From contig OZ365109.1 in the NCBI GenBank assembly GCA_977030845.1, positions 44,144,001-44,208,000 on the forward strand: a stretch of 64,000 bases of DNA, read 5' to 3'. The translations under genes were made by a program, and so were the position numbers. Positions 59,501 through 64,000 of this stretch are shown piece after piece. The stretch is from Fimbriosthenelais zetlandica. Lineage: Eukaryota. The notes below the pieces were generated by a model that made no database searches, was not told the origin of the DNA, and worked only from the letters and a program-made list of their open reading frames with translations. How positions within the stretch are numbered: the first letter of the stretch is position 1; each line of letters begins with the position of its first letter.

Positions 59501-61001
59501 AAGGCTTTTGATGAGCTGAAACATTGTAATGAAGAGTTTGGGCTGGTTTTGGATAAAATTGATCGTGCCATTGGAGAGATGAGAAAATTAGAAGGACCTG
59601 AAATGAGTGACTCTTACGAACTGGACTTCAACTTTGAATTTGAATCACAAAACCTGACTAAACAATTTGATAAGTATGCAGCTCTTTCCCAAAGATTCCG
59701 TGCTGGAAAGATAACAAAGTCTCATCTCTCCGAGGACCTGGATTTGAAAAATATTTTTTTGACTATAAACCAATTTCGGCAATTCCAGAATAGTATTGGA
59801 TCAAAAATCACTGAGAAACTGATGGAAAGTACCAAAACCCTTGAACATGTGTCCTTGGATTTATACAACGCCGCAGTAGAAGCGCTGGTAGATCTTCAAA
59901 CGTATTATAAAAAGGAACATTTGGATTTGGAAAAAAGAGCACGGGCTTTGTTAATATGGCGAAAACCAGAATTCTCAACTGACACTGAAAAACTCATTGA
60001 ATTACAATACGAGGACAGCACGAGGCTGTGGTCTCCAAATAGGAATTTTTATACTTTTGTGAAGGTAAGGTGAACCATTTAATAATTTCTTTGGTCAGCA
60101 GCCTCTCTCAAACACGTATGAACTGTAGACTTAGCATTGGCAATATTCCTTTTGAAACGGGCTCCATCACTCCAATCTACATTGAGGAAAAATAATCTGA
60201 ATTGTGAGTAGGACAACGATTAAGTCGGGAAGGAGCTGTTATTTTCAATAATTATCTGAAATAGTATAGCAGTGCATCACTAGTCTATAGCATATTTAAG
60301 CCCTGCAATAATTATTGAACAATCTCATCATTTTCCTAGTCTCAGGCAGCTTCCGGAATCATAAGATTTGTAGTGAAGGAGGTATTTCAACCTCTGAGGA
60401 AAGAACTCAATGACATCACATTTGAGCTAAACCAGGAGCTTGGTGATGTGCAGATGGCACTCGATGATATCAAGAAAGAAATGGAAGCATTTCAACAAAG
60501 TCAAACAATGGACAAAGACTTTGTCAGGTAGACAAACCTTAATCCTAAGATTCTGATTACGATAACTATATTAAGCTTGTGCCAATTATTCCTCTGGTTT
60601 TTCTTCCTTTCAGAAATAACTTCCTAAAGTTAGATGTTTACTACGGGGAATTGAAAAAGGAGATTGTTACATTGAGTGTGGGTTATACGATGGCCTCATT
60701 TTGGAGTAAGTACACTTGATACGGTACCTAAAGAAATAATAGCTAGCGGGTAATAGCACATGTATTATTTGCTATGTTGAATATTTGCGATAATTAAACC
60801 AATTTAATTGAATAATTATACTCTTCAGGTGACCTTGGTGGGTACCTTGGCTTACTCCTAGGTGCCAGCGTTGTTACTGTGTGTGAATTTCTCGACCTAG
60901 TTTTCTCAAATGCCATTCACATCCGAAAGCGGCGGACACAAGTTGAAGAAATGAACTTGACACAGAACAAGAAAAATGACACTAATCTGGACTGGTTTTA
61001 G
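41549..61001 (+). CDS. Giant multidomain DEG/ENaC channel subunit, paralog 3 (more divergent, apparently intact, about 2,160 aa)
   Basis: Exons: 41549-41567, 41728-41827, 42636-42803, 42927-42997, 43279-43635, 43721-43870, 43957-44313, 44470-44658, 44988-45098, 45321-45467, 45571-45963, 46064-46192, 46409-46575, 46743-46920, 54095-54224, 54378-54592, 54749-54850, 55134-55763, 56091-56411, 56601-56762, 57142-57205, 57363-57481, 57711-57793, 57896-57994, 58171-58324, 58487-58549, 58713-60064, 60340-60527, 60614-60705, 60829-61001. Sum 6,483 nt. Motifs TTLHG, FPGVTICN, FTDMGLCYTFN, RPYGNC, SDLGGYLGLLLGAS. Confidence 0.92.
42226..42445. mobile_element. Palindromic MITE copy
   Basis: Near-identical core to 35167-35399. 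Confidence 0.7.
43279..56762 (+). CDS. Paralog 3 exons 5-20: PAN-MAM-kringle-LDLa-MAM-MAM(CUB)-MAM(Ser/Tyr linker) insert
   Basis: LTLKGCMTLCSMIHTEDCSKVVYGWKEKQC; SCLEFYY, GFALDDL; GIDYQG..SGKTC..GPSC; CQSSEFRCSDGFC..CNGNADCIEGEDE; DLAIDNIQI; GNIKSPNYPDLY..VNFTTN..VGFSAEF; AALDEIKI; CDFTEQNACGY. Confidence 0.85.
48833..50635 (+). CDS. Gag-like protein with long acidic tail and 13 copies of a 12-aa repeat
   Basis: PGVFTG..VKQFVNDCDAW..LGDDAYDWY resembles the Ty3/gypsy capsid N-terminal pattern (P-x2-F-x-G; L-x-G/D-x-A-x2-W); no protease/RT/integrase. Confidence 0.7.
   Translation: MCAMWGSRQPMEPGVFTGNGDYDVKQFVNDCDAWAEYHGDKTGMQIKFNLGDWLGDDAYDWYLYVLRRQHLPWKDIKENLILKYSSNMLKERDDLLYFKEVLALMYSLAPTEDSAAKIQNARAGISFALHKINRQIEISSFVDPDPEASDYARRCAFAREEKPNVPREIKILPEMWRPFVDEVKGPEEEKVIQSVSPLAENSPEVASQDKIRDEPVNEHVISEVQDKEHFIPDYHVENPVISDEQDEGLDGTQDNNRGTEQKEGLNDTQKDEVDKEEVDTKEDELNDQQEYERHNELEGQDNEQLDEINNRQVDRPEDKQDDIPGNTQNDEFHNVTLNDELIDEPNDTLNDELIDEPNDTLNDELIDEPNDTLNDELIDEPNDTLNDELIDEPNDTLNDELIGEPNDTLNDELIDEPNDTLNDELIDEPNDTLNDELIDEPNDTLIDELIDEPNDTLNDELIDEPNDTLNDELIDEPNDTLIDELIDEPNDTLNDEPNVTLNEELKNELDEKRDHQMCDKQVDKHFDKKVDDSDIMIMVSGENDGSQDQQPCIMGSVDVLVPKVVQGWTGIRRRGSYVTNCRDAKTFKETIFRGLVSCAG
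49832..50299 (+). repeat. 36-bp coding minisatellite, 13 full units (NDTLNDELIDEP)
   Basis: aatgatacactgaatgatgaactgattgatgaacca in direct tandem, with no spacers. Confidence 0.95.
51919..52128. repeat. G-rich degenerate minisatellite
   Basis: Repeated GG(T/G)GGTA(A/G)T...CC(T/G)(A/G) units of about 15-16 bp. Confidence 0.75.
52381..52446 (-). pseudogene. tRNA-Ala(AGC)-like pseudogene or SINE head
   Basis: Reverse complement GTATGGCCCCAGTGGTTGGAACGCTTGCCTAGCATGTGAGAGACCAGGGTTCGATTCCCTG: D-arm-like region, anticodon loop CTAGCAT, T-loop GGTTCGA; acceptor stem degenerate. Confidence 0.5.
53062..53709. mobile_element. CpG-rich foldback element with modular subrepeats
   Basis: TIR TATGGAAACGCAAATGTAACCATAACTC / GAGTTATGGTTACATTTGCGTTTCCATA (terminal TA may be a TSD); interior built of CGAAACCCGATATCGG, GACTTCGG and CCCGAGATGCGAAACC modules in both orientations. 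Confidence 0.8.
56858..57074. mobile_element. Palindromic MITE copy
   Basis: Near-identical to 35167-35399. Confidence 0.75.
58713..60527 (+). CDS. Paralog 3 exons 27-28: helical knuckle insertion
   Basis: ORF 58772-60073; alignable to paralogs 1/2 (EIKNRADP, DIFGYR, LDFNFEFESQN, IWRKPE, LWSP). Confidence 0.85.
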
Positions 61002-62175
61002 TGTTTGTTATTTAGTTCAGATGGAGATGAAAAGCTCAAAATTTAATGATAGATTTAAAAGGAATAGATCTATATGTTTGTAGCAGCTCATGCTAGTTGG
61101 TAGAAATTGGTTACCGATATAATATTTATCTTTTATTTAGTCCAGAAATATATCTTCCTTTATGTTGGACACAGTGGAGTGTATAGACAGGTAATACACA
61201 CACAAAATATCAGGACAATCAACAGACCCAATCTGCCTCTGTTTCCTGACCACTTCGTACACTGTATAAAATGTAGCCTATAAGTGCAGCGTCAAAGGAA
61301 GCACTAAGGAGTGTTGTAAAAATTAACTATGCATTACTGGGGAGAGAGAAAGTGAGCGAGAGGAAGGTGGCTGTTTCATAAAAAAAGCCTTAAATTACAA
61401 GACAAGTTACTACAGTCACGAGTGTATTATATTTTGTAAAAGGGAGATTTGAACATTCTTGTATAACCACTTCCTCCTTGCATATATGCAGTAGGCCTTA
61501 TATATATGGCAGCCACTAGAAGAAGAGAGCTCTGCTTTGTGGACAGCTTACTGGGAAATAAGGAAAATAGAAATCAAACAGATACCATTTTGTATAGATC
61601 TCATTTTATAACATACAACATTGTATACCTTTCTTATACACCCTTTATTGTGAAAAATATATACGTTTCCTTTCTTCACTCTGAAGTCCTCGTTAATTTA
61701 TTAATACAGTAATATAGCAAATAAATTTGAGGTGCATTGGTCCTGCAGTGCGTTTGTAGTTTCTTCGATATTATATATGTTCCTGGCAAAGATTTTCCAC
61801 AAAATCATAACAATTTATATACAGTAGGCATATTGAAATCTTCTGAAGTACAGGTATGGAAAGCTATAATATATAGCTGTGTAGGCTATTGATGCCATCT
61901 CAAAGTGGTATAGTTGAAAAGACACCATCAAACAGCCCAAGTATATTATAGTTGTTCAGGAACCGCTTGGTGTCCTTTTACACAGGAAATGCACTATATC
62001 ATTTCCACATCTTGACCCAAAAAAAATGCTAGTCAGGTAAATTAGGTAACTGCACCCAAGCTTTGCTGTTTTTCTACGGCACCCATACAAAACTCGGGGG
62101 CAGGTTAGGTGATGGCCAAATCCGCATAGCCCGCCAGATTGTCAATTATGATGTAAAAACAAGATGAGAAAGATG

Positions 62176-63963
62176 CTATAGCAAAATACAATCTTGATCA
62201 AAATCTGAATCTTCCCCATCTAGAAAAATCTGTGGTGGAGGTTCAGGGTAAACAGTGTCTAAATAAACCCGCACAACATAAAGCAAAGTGTCGTGGTCAT
62301 ACTCGTTGTTCGCATCAATCCATTCGGAGCGATATAAGGAGAAATCCGCATCGTTCTTCTCTTGATACACCTGTTCAAGCATGGGCAATGTTTCTGCACA
62401 AACCACAGTGGCTCCGGTGGCTCGAAGCCACGTTTCCACCCTGTGCATCAGTGCTGCTAAGGTCTCATGGCGCTTTTTCTTCAAAGGGGCGGGAATAAAA
62501 GTCTTATGACTTAGCAACGGAGCACCATATTCCATCTCCGAGTCATGAGCATCCTTGCTATAGAAAAGGCGAAGGAAACGTACCCTGGGAATTCCCTCAT
62601 AGTCAGAGAAGTAGGTTAGGTTGGAATCCATTTTTCCGAGCTCCTTGGGTACATATTTCATCTCCAATGTCTGTGCATTTATGAGTCGGTACTGGCTGCT
62701 CAAATGTACCAGCCATAACCTGCAGTCATCCATAACAGTTGAAAAGTCTCTAAATTTGGGATGACTTCTGCTCCTGCGAGATCTGTCTGGAATGAATTCC
62801 TTAAAAAATAGTTCTTCCTGAGCTGGCTGTTCGGGAATATAGTACACCCGAAGCATTAGAAGAGCATTCTTGGAATAATAATCTCTCCAAGTTGTGTCAT
62901 CAGGTTCAAAGGTTGTCTTCCCATGGATTGGAGGATCTTCAAAATCAGGCTCCTTAAGATAGACACTTTCAACGTTTAGAATTCTACCATTTATCTTCCC
63001 ACTTTGTAGGTCATCGTTGCATTTCAAGACCAAGGATGGAAATTTTTCATATTCCAAATGGTCATCAACATTTATTAAAGTAGCCTTATAATTTGTGTAT
63101 GCGATAGTAAAGGGTGTAACAGCAAAAGCAAATGGCAGCTTATTAATGATTTTTGAAGTGTACCATAGTCTAAGCCCCTTGATGCACAGCAATGGACGAG
63201 AACTACTTTTGAATGTACTAGTTTTAGCAGCAGTCAACACAATGTATTCATCGCGAGAAGAAGCTTTCATTTCCACCGTCTCACAGTTGCGAATTACTAC
63301 ATTCTCCTGTTGCAAAAGCCAGCTATTAGCAGCATCAATGAGACGATCGAAGGTCTCGAACTTGGAGAAAAGAAAATTGTCATCGTTGAGGCTAATGCAC
63401 TGTGGCCAGAAATCAATGAATGAAAGAGGAATGGCATCTTTCATTATTTCGGCATACGTGGGAGGTGGTGTTGTGGGTATTGAGGGTATGTTTCCTACAG
63501 AAGGTGGGGGAGTTAAATCCACGAATGCCGGGATCGGCTCTGTTGGTCCATCCACACTCGTGTTTGTCATTTGACTTCTGTCAAGGAAGTGGTATTCTAT
63601 CAATTCAAGACTATCACTGCTAGACCGACGTTCATCAATATCATTTGTATTTCCATTTGCACCCTGGTCGTTATCCACTAAATCTGTTGTTAAGACCTGG
63701 AGATCTCCTTCTTGGGAGGTTCTGGCATCCTGTGACAATGGGATATTTTCCTGAGGGACCAACGCATTGGTCTCAATAACTGCATTATTGCCCAGTGTAT
63801 TTCCAGTATTGTCCTGTGAAATCATATCATTTTCCAAATGTCCACCTTCCCCAGTATTATCGGTCATAGGTTCAACATTTTGAGGCAGGGCTTCTTCATT
63901 TGTTCCATCCTCAGATGCTTGGACAAAATCCAAACGTTCTAATGCTTCCCGTAAATCATCCAT
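62176..63963 (-). CDS. Uncharacterised 595-aa protein: disordered N-terminus with PPxY, four tandem repeats of about 95 aa, C-terminal CaaX (CILL)
   Basis: Long open ORF. Repeats begin F.DF.P / F.EFIP / KTFIP, contain F..L...(A)N.WL and N.ET, and end LR(L/V)xY. PPPTY motif. An acceptor-like TTTTTACCAG lies just upstream of the ATG, so a 5' exon probably lies outside the window. Confidence 0.85.
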   Translation of the reverse strand: MDDLREALERLDFVQASEDGTNEEALPQNVEPMTDNTGEGGHLENDMISQDNTGNTLGNNAVIETNALVPQENIPLSQDARTSQEGDLQVLTTDLVDNDQGANGNTNDIDERRSSSDSLELIEYHFLDRSQMTNTSVDGPTEPIPAFVDLTPPPSVGNIPSIPTTPPPTYAEIMKDAIPLSFIDFWPQCISLNDDNFLFSKFETFDRLIDAANSWLLQQENVVIRNCETVEMKASSRDEYIVLTAAKTSTFKSSSRPLLCIKGLRLWYTSKIINKLPFAFAVTPFTIAYTNYKATLINVDDHLEYEKFPSLVLKCNDDLQSGKINGRILNVESVYLKEPDFEDPPIHGKTTFEPDDTTWRDYYSKNALLMLRVYYIPEQPAQEELFFKEFIPDRSRRSRSHPKFRDFSTVMDDCRLWLVHLSSQYRLINAQTLEMKYVPKELGKMDSNLTYFSDYEGIPRVRFLRLFYSKDAHDSEMEYGAPLLSHKTFIPAPLKKKRHETLAALMHRVETWLRATGATVVCAETLPMLEQVYQEKNDADFSLYRSEWIDANNEYDHDTLLYVVRVYLDTVYPEPPPQIFLDGEDSDFDQDCILL

Positions 63964-64000
63964 AGCTGGTAAAAAGTTGTGCTGGTAACTGATCAGTCCT

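Overview
Intron-rich, AT-rich animal (invertebrate-like) genomic DNA; the species cannot be determined from the sequence. Most of the window is a head-to-tail cluster of three paralogous 30-exon genes on the + strand (3962-22414, 23886-39472, 41549-61001), reconstructed by hand from splice sites and reading phases. Each encodes a DEG/ENaC (ASIC/degenerin-family) subunit of about 2,100 aa, versus roughly 500-700 aa for typical members. The channel core is complete: TTLHG N-terminal motif, TM1, FP(A/G)VT(V/I)CN, DMGLCYTFN, Cys-rich thumb and GG-x-LGLLLGAS TM2. Two large extracellular insertions are present in all three genes. The finger position holds about 1,150 aa or more of PAN/Apple, MAM, compact kringle, LDLa, MAM, MAM(CUB) and MAM(low-complexity linker) modules. 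The knuckle is replaced by a helical/coiled-coil region of about 500 aa. Gene 1 exon 6 is interrupted by a 4.45-kb CACTG-ended DNA transposon whose end offers in-frame splice acceptors. Gene 3 intron 14 holds a young gag-only LTR element, a foldback element and other repeats. A convergent - strand ORF at the right end encodes a four-repeat protein with PPxY and CaaX motifs. MITEs and LINE/SINE fragments are scattered through the introns.
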